Shown here: one piece after another, positions 38,429 to 48,095 of the stretch
Position numbering within the stretch: position 1 is the first letter of the stretch
How the letters are laid out: the number at the start of each line of letters is the position of its first letter
Virus record (IMG/VR): IMGVR_UViG_3300025896_000021
DNA from: a virus
Taxonomy: Duplodnaviria; Heunggongvirae; Uroviricota; Caudoviricetes
Length of the DNA stretch: 64,000 nucleotides
Direction: 5' to 3' (one strand)
Made by a program: the position numbers and the translations under genes
Notes under the pieces: model-generated
The model's database searches: none
Seen by the model: only the letters and a program-made list of their open reading frames with translations
What the model was told of the DNA's origin: nothing

Positions 38429-40330
38429 ATGAGCAAAGTCATCGGTATCGACTTAGGTACCACAAATTCATGCGTAGCCGTCATCGAAAACGGAATCCCC
38501 AAAATAATTGAAAACAGCGAAGGTACTAGAACCACGCCAAGTATCGTAGCATATGCTAACGGTGAAATCTTGGTAGGTGCAAGTGCTAAACGTCAAGCAG
38601 TTACAAACCCCAAAAACACAATTTATGCTAGCAAGCGATTGATCGGACGTAAGTTTGATGAACAAGCTGTACAAAAAGACATTGACTTGATGCCATACAC
38701 TATTATCAAGAATGAGAATGGTGATGCTTGGGTTCAAGTCAACGAAGATAAGCTAGCGCCCCCGCAAATCTCTGCCGAAGTCTTGCGTAAGATGAAGAAG
38801 ACCGCAGAAGATTATCTTGGTCACGAAGTAACTCAAGCAGTTATCACAGTGCCAGCATACTTTAATGATAGTCAACGTCAAGCAACTAAGGATGCAGGTC
38901 GTATTGCTGGATTAGAAGTGTTGCGTATTATCAATGAACCAACTGCGGCAGCACTTGCGTACGGTGTTGACAAGCAAGACAAGAAAGACCGCAAGATTGC
39001 AGTCTATGACTTGGGTGGTGGTACGTTTGACGTATCTATCATTGAAATTGCAGACGTTGATGGTGATAAACAGTTTGAAGTATTGTCTACGAATGGTGAT
39101 ACATTCTTAGGTGGTGAAGACTTTGACCAACGCATTATGGATTTCTTGGTTGATACATTCAAACAAGAACAGGGCATTGACTTGAAAAAGGATATGCTTG
39201 CATTGCAACGTTTGAAAGAAGCGGCAGAAAAAGCTAAGATTGAATTGTCTAGTTCTGCAAGCACTAGTGTTAACTTGCCTTACGTTACTGCGGATGCAAG
39301 TGGTCCAAAGCATTTGAACATTACAATCAATCGTTCTAAACTAGAAAGTCTAGTTGAAGAATTGATCCTACGTAGCATTGAGCCATGCAAGATTGCTATG
39401 AAAGATGCAGGCGTTACTAACGCAGACATTGACGAGGTTATCCTCGTCGGTGGTATGACACGTATGCCTAAAGTTGTTGAAGCAGTTGAGAAATTCTTCG
39501 GCAAGGCACCTCGTAAAGATGTTAACCCAGACGAAGCAGTAGCAGCAGGCGCAGCTATTCAAGGTGATGTGCTAGGTGGTGGACGTAAAGACGTATTGTT
39601 GCTTGATGTGACTCCACTAAGTCTTGGTATCGAGACTATGGGCGGTGTAATGAGTAAGTTGATTCAAAAGAACACAACTATTCCTACTAAAGCTAGTCAA
39701 ACATTCAGTACAGCGGAAGATAATCAACCTGCAGTTACTATCAAAGCATTTCAAGGTGAACGTGAGCTAGCACAGTTCAATAAACTATTGGGTGAGTTCA
39801 ATCTTGAAGGTATTGTTCCAGCAAGACGCGGTATGCCTCAGATTGAAGTTACATTGGACATCGATGCTAACGGTATCTTGAGTGTAAGTGCTAAAGATAA
39901 GAACACTGGCAAAGAAAATAAGATCACTATCAAAGCTAATAGTGGATTGACCGAAGCTGAAATTCAAGCAATGGTTAAAGACGCTGAACTTAATGCAGAA
40001 TCTGATAAGAAGGCACGTGAGTTAATTGAAGCACGTAACAGTGCAGAAGGTACACTACGTACATTCAAGGAAGACTTTGACAAGTATGGTGACAAAGTAA
40101 CTGCCGAAGAGAAAACACTAGCGGAAGACGCTATCAAAGCATTGGAAGAAGCAGTTAAGGGTGAAGACGTATCTGTTATCCAAGAAGCTATTCCCAAACT
40201 GTACGAAGCAATTGGACCAATTACTAAGGTGAAACAGGATGCAGAGGCAGCAGAGCAATCATCTGCTACTGAAGCACCGGTTGATGATAACGTAGTTGAT
40301 GCAGAAGTGAAGGAGAGTAAGAATGTCTAA
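38429..40330 (+). CDS. dnaK: DnaK (Hsp70) chaperone
   Basis: [22 protein letters not shown] and the rest of the sequence read as a canonical full-length Hsp70 (633 aa). Confidence 0.95.
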   Translation: MSKVIGIDLGTTNSCVAVIENGIPKIIENSEGTRTTPSIVAYANGEILVGASAKRQAVTNPKNTIYASKRLIGRKFDEQAVQKDIDLMPYTIIKNENGDAWVQVNEDKLAPPQISAEVLRKMKKTAEDYLGHEVTQAVITVPAYFNDSQRQATKDAGRIAGLEVLRIINEPTAAALAYGVDKQDKKDRKIAVYDLGGGTFDVSIIEIADVDGDKQFEVLSTNGDTFLGGEDFDQRIMDFLVDTFKQEQGIDLKKDMLALQRLKEAAEKAKIELSSSASTSVNLPYVTADASGPKHLNITINRSKLESLVEELILRSIEPCKIAMKDAGVTNADIDEVILVGGMTRMPKVVEAVEKFFGKAPRKDVNPDEAVAAGAAIQGDVLGGGRKDVLLLDVTPLSLGIETMGGVMSKLIQKNTTIPTKASQTFSTAEDNQPAVTIKAFQGERELAQFNKLLGEFNLEGIVPARRGMPQIEVTLDIDANGILSVSAKDKNTGKENKITIKANSGLTEAEIQAMVKDAELNAESDKKARELIEARNSAEGTLRTFKEDFDKYGDKVTAEEKTLAEDAIKALEEAVKGEDVSVIQEAIPKLYEAIGPITKVKQDAEAAEQSSATEAPVDDNVVDAEVKESKNV

Positions 40331-40772
40331 TGGAACACTAACGCTACGTTCAATTGATATTCCATCAATTCATAAGTTTGGTATTGGGTTTGAATCAGTG
40401 TTAGATGAACTGATGCGAATGAATGCAGGGCAGACAACTACAAACTACCCTCCCTATAACATTGTTAAACGTTCTGAAAATGACTTTGATATTGAACTAG
40501 CAGTTGCTGGGTTTACTGAAGGGGAAATTGATATCCAAATTGAAAATAGGGTGTTAGTCATCACCGGAACGAAGCACATGAACTTTGATGAACCTAAAGA
40601 GTATCTACACCATGGTATTAGTAATAGGAATTTTGTGCGTGAGTTTACTCTCGCTGAACACGTAGAAGTCAAAGACGCAGAAAATGCTAACGGTATCTTA
40701 ACTCTTCACCTAGAACGAAAACTTCCTGAAGAAATGAAGCCAAAGAGTATTGCTATTAAATACAATACCTAA
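40323..40772 (+). CDS. Hsp20/alpha-crystallin family small heat-shock protein
   Basis: C-terminal alpha-crystallin-like block ...[14 protein letters not shown]... similar to IbpA/B; overlaps the dnaK stop. Confidence 0.6.
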   Translation: MSNGTLTLRSIDIPSIHKFGIGFESVLDELMRMNAGQTTTNYPPYNIVKRSENDFDIELAVAGFTEGEIDIQIENRVLVITGTKHMNFDEPKEYLHHGISNRNFVREFTLAEHVEVKDAENANGILTLHLERKLPEEMKPKSIAIKYNT

Positions 40773-40807
40773 TATAATAGACACTGCACACACAATGAAA
40801 GAAAAAA

Positions 40808-41119
40808 ATGGCACAAACACAAATTGATTCAGTCGTTAGCATTAAACCCATCATTGATATCCCTGAGCCACCGCTGTTCAAGGTAATCTATATCAATGAT
40901 GAATTGACTAGTATGGAGTTTGTTATTCGTACTTTAGTGGATCATTTTCATTATACAAGTGACACCGCAGTTGGTATCACTACTGGCATTCATGAATCCG
41001 GTAGTGCAGTAGTTGCAGTGTTGCCGTATGAAATTGCCGAACAAAAAGGCATTGAAGTAACTATGGAAGCACGTACAGAAGGCTACCCGCTACAAGTTAA
41101 GATTGAAGCTGCGTCTTAA
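40808..41119 (+). CDS. clpS: ClpS-like Clp adaptor protein
   Basis: PLFKVIYINDELTSMEFVIRTLVDHF matches the ClpS core (YKVxLxNDDxTPMEFV). Confidence 0.75.
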   Translation: MAQTQIDSVVSIKPIIDIPEPPLFKVIYINDELTSMEFVIRTLVDHFHYTSDTAVGITTGIHESGSAVVAVLPYEIAEQKGIEVTMEARTEGYPLQVKIEAAS

Positions 41120-41811
41120 ATCTCTACTTCTATGCGTTTAGCATAGTACGGACTTCTATTATAACAGGGGTTATTTATATAATTGATACTATCAAAAGTA
41201 GTATCAATTATTTTTTGGGTAGAGCCGAATACCCAATGTGAAACTTTATTCGCCGTATCATTCTCTAATGATTCTTCTGGAGAGGTGTCACCGTACATTT
41301 TAGGAATCTCTCCGTAAAATAGTTTAGTTAACGGAACACTATTTGAAATAATGACAATTTTCTTCACATCCAAGTGAAGCTGTAACTTGTCAATCGTACT
41401 ATCTAAGTATGAAAAGTCTTCATACCCCGCAACAATCAATTCAACTTCTGCTGCTGCATCTTCGGGAACATAATTTCCATACCAACCATTGATCCCAATC
41501 AATGCAACACCTTCAATAACAACCACGTTGTCATGTAGATACACGACCTTGCTCATGGGTTTGCATATTTTTTTAATTTCTTTATGGGTGAACTGCCTAG
41601 TTTTTATCCCAGAGTTCTCAAGCGCGCCGTCTATGTAGAAGATTCCCTGATAGTGTTCACACAATGTTTTAAGCACTGTTCTAACTACGGTCAGATCCTC
41701 ACTTATATTACCAGGTATGATGCAATACAAACTTGTTGCTTTGTCGTCCCATTCAAAAAGACTGTCGGGTGTTAAGTGTAAGTCACTTATGATATCAAAA
41801 CCAAAATTCAT
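41116..41811 (-). CDS. Calcineurin-like metallophosphoesterase (231 aa)
   Basis: N-terminal DIISDLHL metal-binding motif; convergent with clpS. Confidence 0.6.
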   Translation of the reverse strand: MNFGFDIISDLHLTPDSLFEWDDKATSLYCIIPGNISEDLTVVRTVLKTLCEHYQGIFYIDGALENSGIKTRQFTHKEIKKICKPMSKVVYLHDNVVVIEGVALIGINGWYGNYVPEDAAAEVELIVAGYEDFSYLDSTIDKLQLHLDVKKIVIISNSVPLTKLFYGEIPKMYGDTSPEESLENDTANKVSHWVFGSTQKIIDTTFDSINYINNPCYNRSPYYAKRIEVEI

Positions 41812-41873
41812 ATAAGTATTTATGTGGGAATAGGACGCTAGCGTCCTATTTCTTTTAGTACAAGTAAAACAAA

Positions 41874-42164
41874 TTACTTTGCACTTTTAGCTTTAGCTGC
41901 GGCGCCCGCTGCAGGCTTTTTAGCTACGGTTCTAGCTGCTGCTTTAGGTTTAGCTGCTGGCCCAGCGGCAACCTTCTTAGCGGGTGCTCTAGGTTTAGCT
42001 GGCGCTTTGACTACGGGAGCAACTGGCGCCACCGGTGAAATAGCTGCTTCAACGACAACGGGTGCTGCCTCAACTTCAACCTTATACGGTACTACTTCCT
42101 GAACTGCTACTTCGGGTGCAGCAGAAGCGCCGAAACCAAAGAATTTTTTGATAGATTTGAACAT
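41874..42164 (-). CDS. Histone H1-like Ala/Lys/Pro-rich protein (96 aa)
   Basis: C-terminus carries repeats such as KAPAKPRAPAKKVAAGPAAKPKAAARTVAKKPAAGAAAKAKSAK. Confidence 0.55.
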   Translation of the reverse strand: MFKSIKKFFGFGASAAPEVAVQEVVPYKVEVEAAPVVVEAAISPVAPVAPVVKAPAKPRAPAKKVAAGPAAKPKAAARTVAKKPAAGAAAKAKSAK

Positions 42165-42221
42165 GTTATAATCTCCTTCTACTACTATTTAGAAAAGGAT
42201 TAGAACCGTGAAAAAAAACTT

Positions 42222-42731
42222 TTGGTACTAAATAGTTGTATGTACTACGAAAGTCTAACTCTCAAAGAACTGATGGATACTCCTTTGCCGCCGATAACAT
42301 ATCAAAGGAGACTAATGTTTCGTCCTACACTAGCTGAAGCCAAGTATACATATAACCTGCTTAATAAGCAGGTTTTTGCCGGCGAATTACTAATGCCAAC
42401 ACTTGATATAGCTGCTAGAAGACAAAAATACTGGGGAATGTGTATAGGATCCATAGAACAGCACAAGACTGGTAGCTATTGTGAGATAGAGTTGATGGAT
42501 AAATGGCACTGTAGACAGTGGTTTGTGACTATTCTAGCTCACGAAATGGCTCATCAGCATCAATGGGATATAAACGGGCCTGCAAGAGCAAGACAGGGCA
42601 AAGACTGGTTAATGAGTCACGGCCCTAGCTTCTTTACGTTCAGAAATAGGTTAGGGGAACATAACATTCCCCTAAAGACTGCGCATAGAATGCGCAAGTG
42701 GTTTAAATATCAGGACTTATTTAAGACGTGA
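42222..42731 (+). CDS. Putative HExxH zinc metallopeptidase (SprT-like)
   Basis: ILAHEMAHQHQW contains an HExxH motif; the size fits an SprT-like domain. Confidence 0.45.
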   Translation: MVLNSCMYYESLTLKELMDTPLPPITYQRRLMFRPTLAEAKYTYNLLNKQVFAGELLMPTLDIAARRQKYWGMCIGSIEQHKTGSYCEIELMDKWHCRQWFVTILAHEMAHQHQWDINGPARARQGKDWLMSHGPSFFTFRNRLGEHNIPLKTAHRMRKWFKYQDLFKT

Positions 42732-43938
42732 TGTTTGGATTCTTCACTACGTTACCATATTGATCCACTAGAATAACATCCTTAGTACCCTTCTTACCGA
42801 TACCGCGTGTTAGTGTAGCAGCAAGAGTACGCAATCCTGGAAGAGGATTCATACGTGTGCTATCATTTCTGATCTGCCAAACCATCAAATGACTCTCTGG
42901 AATCTCATCCTTGTTAGTAATAACTGCATGACAAGCAACTTCAATGTTGTTTCCTTTTTGTGTAAAGTGTTCAGGACCGAAGTCTTGGATAACAATTCCA
43001 CCTCTTGGATTCAAGTCACTACCAAAGATAGCATTCATAGCTTCTTGTGTAGTAGGTTCCATGACAATTTCTTTGTTTAGCTTCCAAACTGGGGTTTTCT
43101 CACCTGTACGCTTGTTAGTACGTTCTGCAATTTGAGTTAGTTTGACAATACCTTCGTCTTGCAGTTTTTGAAGGATTTCCTTAGCTCTGGCCCCGAAAGC
43201 TGTGTCTGAACTCTCCCAAAAGTCTGCGCTAAGTTCTTTAATGCTGATTGGAAGAACACCTCTTGCACTACGCAACACAATATCTGCTTTTCTACCGCCA
43301 GATGTTTCTTTACCGGTCATTTCTGCTTCGGTTGCGTTCTTGATAGTCATTTTCTTGCCACGTTTGTCTTTGAAAGTGACATTAGCCATGCCATATTTCT
43401 CAATTACTGACTGGATCGTACTAGCTAGTTCAAGCTCATTGCTCATTCCGGCTGATTTTTCAGCTTGCTTACCCGCATCCTTGATAACTACGCATACAGG
43501 GCTGTTGTCAAATACTGCGCCACCTAGACTACTCAATCCAGGATCGTTAACATATTGCACTGCCTCGTCAAATTCAGCCTTGAGCAATGCGATAACTTCT
43601 TTCATAATCGCAACTCGGTACTCATTCTTCTTAGCACCATCTGGAATCTGTACGATAACATTGATTTTGTTACCGTTAATCTTGAAATCCTCGTATCCAC
43701 CTGCTCGTAGAACTGCTTCTACTTCGGGTTTAGTCACAGCCTTAATCTCAGTTGGGTCTACGCCCTTAGTAGGCTTAACTAGTGCTTTGACAACTGGCTT
43801 AGCTTCTGGCTTGGTCACCGTTTTTGCTACTGGCTTAGCTTTCACTACGGGTGTAGTCGTCGGTTGAGGAGCTACAACTGGAGCTGCTAATGGGTCAACG
43901 GCTTCTACCAGAGTTGTTGCAAATTCGTAATGTCTCAT
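42721..43938 (-). CDS. Hypothetical protein with H1-like AKP-rich N-terminus (405 aa)
   Basis: N-terminal KAKPVAKTVTKPEAKPVVKALVKPTKG repeats followed by a globular domain of unknown function. Confidence 0.55.
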   Translation of the reverse strand: MRHYEFATTLVEAVDPLAAPVVAPQPTTTPVVKAKPVAKTVTKPEAKPVVKALVKPTKGVDPTEIKAVTKPEVEAVLRAGGYEDFKINGNKINVIVQIPDGAKKNEYRVAIMKEVIALLKAEFDEAVQYVNDPGLSSLGGAVFDNSPVCVVIKDAGKQAEKSAGMSNELELASTIQSVIEKYGMANVTFKDKRGKKMTIKNATEAEMTGKETSGGRKADIVLRSARGVLPISIKELSADFWESSDTAFGARAKEILQKLQDEGIVKLTQIAERTNKRTGEKTPVWKLNKEIVMEPTTQEAMNAIFGSDLNPRGGIVIQDFGPEHFTQKGNNIEVACHAVITNKDEIPESHLMVWQIRNDSTRMNPLPGLRTLAATLTRGIGKKGTKDVILVDQYGNVVKNPNITS

Positions 43939-44024
43939 GTATAATCTCTATAAAGTTAGTGAAGTGATGATTCTATCACACATATTGTATTTATCGCAAA
44001 TTATTTTTAACAAAGGCAAAAAAA

Positions 44025-44615
44025 ATGAGTTTAGTTCCAATCGTAATCGAAACAACCAGCAAGGGTGAGCGCAGTTATGACATTTATAGTCGTTTGTTGC
44101 GTGACCGAGTCATTTTGCTCGAAGGCGAAGTGCATGATCAAATGGCAAATCTGATTGTTGCCCAGCTATTGTTCTTGGAAAGTGAAGACAGTGGCAAAGA
44201 CATTTCAATGTACATTAATAGTCCGGGTGGATCAGTGACTGCGGGTATGGCTATCTATGATGCAATGCAGTTTATCAAGCCCGATGTACAAACAATCGTT
44301 ATGGGTCAAGCCTGTTCAATGGGCAGCTTGCTTGCAACATCAGGTGCTAAAGGTAAGCGCATGATGTTGCCAAACGCACGTCACATGATCCATCAACCAT
44401 CGGGCGGTAGTCGCGGTCAAGCAACTGACATGCTGATTCAGGTTACTGAGATTTTGGCTATGAAGAAAGTGCTGACCCAAATCTATGTTGACCACAACAG
44501 TACCGGTAAAACATTCGACCAGTTCAGTGCTGACATGGAACGTGACAATTTCATGAGTGCAAAAGCTGCACTAGATTACGGACTCATTGATAGCATTCTG
44601 ACTAAACGAATTTAA
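44025..44615 (+). CDS. clpP: ClpP serine protease
   Basis: [17 protein letters not shown] ... [11 protein letters not shown] ... HQPSGG match the ClpP catalytic Ser/His context. Confidence 0.9.
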   Translation: MSLVPIVIETTSKGERSYDIYSRLLRDRVILLEGEVHDQMANLIVAQLLFLESEDSGKDISMYINSPGGSVTAGMAIYDAMQFIKPDVQTIVMGQACSMGSLLATSGAKGKRMMLPNARHMIHQPSGGSRGQATDMLIQVTEILAMKKVLTQIYVDHNSTGKTFDQFSADMERDNFMSAKAALDYGLIDSILTKRI

Positions 44616-44635
44616 TTGCTCTCATAAGAACAAAC

Positions 44636-44667
44636 AGCCCTGAAAAGTGCCATTTTTGGGGCTTTTT
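44636..44667 (+). terminator. Weak hairpin plus T-run after clpP
   Basis: AGCCC ... GGGGCT followed by TTTTT; short stem. Confidence 0.3.
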
Positions 44668-44694
44668 GCTTCTATGAGAACAAAAATTCTGAGG

Positions 44695-44723
44695 TTGACT
44701 TTAACTAGGTTTGGTGATATAAT
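44695..44723 (+). promoter_or_regulatory. Early promoter, TTGACT-17-TATAAT
   Basis: TTGACTttaactaggtttggtgaTATAAT, 7 nt before the ATG at 44730. Confidence 0.65.
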
Positions 44724-44729
44724 AGCTGT

Positions 44730-45875
44730 ATGAAACATACTTTACCAGTCATCCTAATTTCACTTCTATTGTCCGCATGCGGGGGAGGCGGAGGTACCAA
44801 TCCAGTCGTACCGGTGACTGTAACAGCGCCTGCCATAGCTGGATCGCTCTATGATACCTCATACAAGAATTTTAAATCTTATCCTATAGATACGATTACA
44901 TTCCCTACAAGCAATTACGGATTGTCTGGTTGGGTTCCTGTAGCATATGGGTTTGGTGAGTTCAACAAGCAAGGTGAACTTGGGGTATTCACTGCTAATC
45001 AAAATTATACAACGCAGCACGATAGCTTTTCAACTGTAACCAGTGATGTGAAATACCTAAGTGACTTCACTTTTTGGACTATAAATTCGGATAAAACACT
45101 TACTAAGGTGTCAAGCGTCAAGGGGTGTTTGCATCCACGCAAAGCGATTGTTGCAGATTTTAACAAAGATGATATCCCGGATGTACTAGTTGCATGTCAT
45201 GGCTATGACGATGTTCCTTTCCCCGGAGAAAAAAGTAAACTCTTACTCAGCAATGGACGAGGTAACTACGTACTAAGCGATGTACTAGACGCAGAATTCA
45301 ATCACGGTGTATCGGCTGCGGATATAAACGGTGATGTGTATCCCGATTTAGTTCGTGCTGCTGGCGGCACATTAGCTATTTTTATAAACCAACGTAATGG
45401 TACCTTCGTCAAGCAACCAACCGGAATCAATGATAATACAACTACGGGCTACTTCAATGTTGAGTTAGTCGATTTAAATAATGACGGAGTTATTGATATC
45501 ATTGCAAGCGGTAATGACTGGGATCAGAATGGAGCGACATCAAGTCCTACTAAGGTGTGGTACGGTGATGGAAATGGCATTTTTGGTAACACTACAACTG
45601 TAATCCCACCGCTTCCCGGGCACGGTGTAGTCAACGACTTCACTATCATTACTACTAACAGTGTGGCTATGTTGTACGTCAGTCGAACCAGTGATAACTC
45701 CAGTGTAGGTGGTTGGTATCGAGGAATGGCAATACAGGCTTATAATTTTTCTACAGGAATTTCAACTTTGCTAGTTGATGACCAATCTGTTAATTGGGTT
45801 CCGTGGTTGATTCCTAAATCTCGGGGAAACGTAATTGGAATCGGGCCCTACAATTCTAGTGCTTCTTACCAATAA
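44730..45875 (+). CDS. FG-GAP/VCBS-repeat lipoprotein (381 aa)
   Basis: Lipobox LSAC|GGGGG, then repeated DxNxDGxxD-like segments (DFNKDDIPDVLVA, ADINGDVYPDLV, VDLNNDGVIDII). Confidence 0.55.
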   Translation: MKHTLPVILISLLLSACGGGGGTNPVVPVTVTAPAIAGSLYDTSYKNFKSYPIDTITFPTSNYGLSGWVPVAYGFGEFNKQGELGVFTANQNYTTQHDSFSTVTSDVKYLSDFTFWTINSDKTLTKVSSVKGCLHPRKAIVADFNKDDIPDVLVACHGYDDVPFPGEKSKLLLSNGRGNYVLSDVLDAEFNHGVSAADINGDVYPDLVRAAGGTLAIFINQRNGTFVKQPTGINDNTTTGYFNVELVDLNNDGVIDIIASGNDWDQNGATSSPTKVWYGDGNGIFGNTTTVIPPLPGHGVVNDFTIITTNSVAMLYVSRTSDNSSVGGWYRGMAIQAYNFSTGISTLLVDDQSVNWVPWLIPKSRGNVIGIGPYNSSASYQ

Positions 45876-45904
45876 TTGACATTAAATGGTTTCGGTGATA
45901 TAAT
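45876..45904 (+). promoter_or_regulatory. Early promoter, TTGACA-17-TATAAT (conserved-spacer family)
   Basis: TTGACAttaaatggtttcggtgaTATAAT followed by leader agaatcttaaacagtagagaacaggaaac. Confidence 0.75.
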
Positions 45905-45937
45905 AGAATCTTAAACAGTAGAGAACAGGAAACATAA

Positions 45938-48094
45938 ATGATTATCAATGCAGCACCGCAAAACGAAGCAATCATGTCCAACGTAGGACAGATTGGTGAG
46001 TTCCGCATTCGCAATAGTGCGAAGGCTTTTAACATTCTTTCATCAGGTTTGTACGCAAACAAGATTCGTGCAATCGTGCGTGAACTTTCTTGCAACGCGG
46101 TTGACTCGCATACCGCAGCCGGTAAACAAGACACGCCCTTTGACGTTCACTTGCCCAACAGTCTTGAACCTTGGTTCAGTATCCGTGACTATGGTACAGG
46201 TCTTTCAGGTGATCAAGTCACTAACATCTACACCACTTATTTTGAGTCCACAAAGACTGATTCTAACGAATTCATCGGAGCATTGGGTCTCGGTTCAAAA
46301 TCTCCCTTCAGTTACACCGACAACTTTACAGTCACTGCGGTTAAAGATGGCGTTAAGGGTGTTTACACAGCCTTTATCAATGAAGCAGGTGTCCCGTCTA
46401 TCGCTAAAATGATGGAAGAACAAACTACTGACCCAGCTGGTGTTGAGGTTAAGTTTGCTGTGGAAGATCGTTCCGATTTTGACAAGTTTCGTACTGAGGC
46501 CCGCTATGTTTACGAGTACTTCAAACTGCGTCCAGTAGTTAGTGGTTACTCTGAATTCAAGTTCCGAGACCCTGCGTACAAGGAAGAAAACATCATCCCT
46601 GGTGTTCACTATACTGATGGCGGACAATATAGCTATGCTATCATGGGTAACATCAAGTATCCGTTGACTGACATTCCTAGTGCTGATAAGGCTCTCGGTG
46701 GTCTGCAAGGTTTGTTGAGTTGTGGACTAGTGATGGAGTTTGCTATCGGCGAACTTGACTTCCAAGCAAGTCGTGAGGGCTTGAGCTACATTCCACAAAC
46801 TATCAACGCTATCAAAAATAAGTTGGAACTGTTGAACGCACAATTGGCAATTCACATTGCTACTGAGGCTGACAAGATTACCAACTTGTGGGAACGTGCT
46901 TTCTATTTGGAAAAGCGTCATGAGGAAAAATTGTTCAATCAGGCTGTTGTCAAGTATATCACTGACACCAAGTTTGAGTTGTATACCCCGAACCTCAATC
47001 GTTGGAATGCTATGAAGAAATTCAAATTTCCAGTGAAAGAGTTGGCATCCAAGTACAATATTACTATTCGTGCTTTCAGTCGGAGTCGTGGTTACAATGC
47101 TTGCTCTACGATCAAGCCAGTTCATGGATACAACAATGTTAACGGTACTACTGTTTACTTTGATGAATGGGAAATTTCAGTAAATAGCAGTGTTTGTTTT
47201 GTTATCAACGATACAAAGGTCGGTGCTACTGAACGAGCTAAATTTCACTGGAAAAATTCTAAGAGTGATAATCATAACACTTCGGTATATGTGATTGATG
47301 TGGTTGATAAGACTAAGCCAGTGAACACAAAGGCATTCTTTGCTGCATTGTCTAGTCCTCCGGAAGATAAGATTGTGGTAGCAAGTTCTTTGCTTGAGAA
47401 GGAACGTGCAAGTGGTATTGGCCAGAACGTTACTATCATGCGCTTGGAAGAAGGTAGCCGACGCAGGTACAATGAACGTGCCCCGATGGTATGGCATGAC
47501 GGTGGTAAGGCCTCTAACTTTGATGCTACTAAAACTTACTACTACTTGCCCTTGAGTGGTTACAAGAACCTCGGCGTTGTTGAGGATGTTAAGAGTTTGG
47601 ACGTTCATCTGCGCAAGAGTGGTATCTACACTCAAGACATTTACGGTGTGCGTAAGACTGATATTGAAAACATCAAAACTCAAAAGAACTGGGTTAACCT
47701 TGACGAACACATTAAGGGTAAACTGGCTCTGTTGGGACAAGCTGATGTGATGGGTTTGGTCAAACAGAGTATTGACTACAAAGAACTTTTCCAGTATAAT
47801 GCTACTATGCTTGTGAAAAGTGCAACAAGCCCTTATCTAGTGTTGTTCAACACGTTCAAGGATGTGAAAGAAGCTGACACTAGTTTGCGTCAGAGTTTGG
47901 AATGGTTGTGCCGTCAGTACAAGGTAGCTACGTCAACAAATGTTGACCCAACTACACTGATTGATAAGTACAGAAAAGAGGTTGAGACTATTAAAAAGCG
48001 TTACCCGCTAATTAAAAGTCTTAGCAAGTACAGCATCGAAGGTGCTGATTTGGCAGAGTATATTAATTTGATTGACCAGGCTAAAGGAGTCTAA
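45938..48094 (+). CDS. rIIA: rIIA-like protein with N-terminal GHKL (histidine-kinase-like) ATPase domain (718 aa)
   Basis: N-box ELSCNAVDS, G1 IRDYGTGL, G2 GALGLGSKS. Size and position next to the rIIB-sized ORF match T4 rIIA. Confidence 0.65.
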   Translation: MIINAAPQNEAIMSNVGQIGEFRIRNSAKAFNILSSGLYANKIRAIVRELSCNAVDSHTAAGKQDTPFDVHLPNSLEPWFSIRDYGTGLSGDQVTNIYTTYFESTKTDSNEFIGALGLGSKSPFSYTDNFTVTAVKDGVKGVYTAFINEAGVPSIAKMMEEQTTDPAGVEVKFAVEDRSDFDKFRTEARYVYEYFKLRPVVSGYSEFKFRDPAYKEENIIPGVHYTDGGQYSYAIMGNIKYPLTDIPSADKALGGLQGLLSCGLVMEFAIGELDFQASREGLSYIPQTINAIKNKLELLNAQLAIHIATEADKITNLWERAFYLEKRHEEKLFNQAVVKYITDTKFELYTPNLNRWNAMKKFKFPVKELASKYNITIRAFSRSRGYNACSTIKPVHGYNNVNGTTVYFDEWEISVNSSVCFVINDTKVGATERAKFHWKNSKSDNHNTSVYVIDVVDKTKPVNTKAFFAALSSPPEDKIVVASSLLEKERASGIGQNVTIMRLEEGSRRRYNERAPMVWHDGGKASNFDATKTYYYLPLSGYKNLGVVEDVKSLDVHLRKSGIYTQDIYGVRKTDIENIKTQKNWVNLDEHIKGKLALLGQADVMGLVKQSIDYKELFQYNATMLVKSATSPYLVLFNTFKDVKEADTSLRQSLEWLCRQYKVATSTNVDPTTLIDKYRKEVETIKKRYPLIKSLSKYSIEGADLAEYINLIDQAKGV

Positions 48095-48095
48095 A

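Noticed and set aside
41134-41150. Small hairpin CTATGC-GTTTA-GCATAG between convergent clpS and the metallophosphoesterase gene
   Set aside because: It lies inside the 3' coding end of the minus-strand gene and has a short stem without a U-tract. I do not call it a terminator.
43202-43867. 221-aa ORF on the + strand inside the minus-strand 405-aa gene
   Set aside because: The Leu/Ser/Thr-rich translation is typical of antisense to a Lys/Glu-rich gene. The minus-strand ORF has a coherent domain structure and an RBS.
47177-47740. 187-aa antisense ORF within the rIIA-like gene, and other small internal ORFs (46295..46708-, 46727..47125-)
   Set aside because: They are fully contained in a long ORF with GHKL motifs; no supporting signals.
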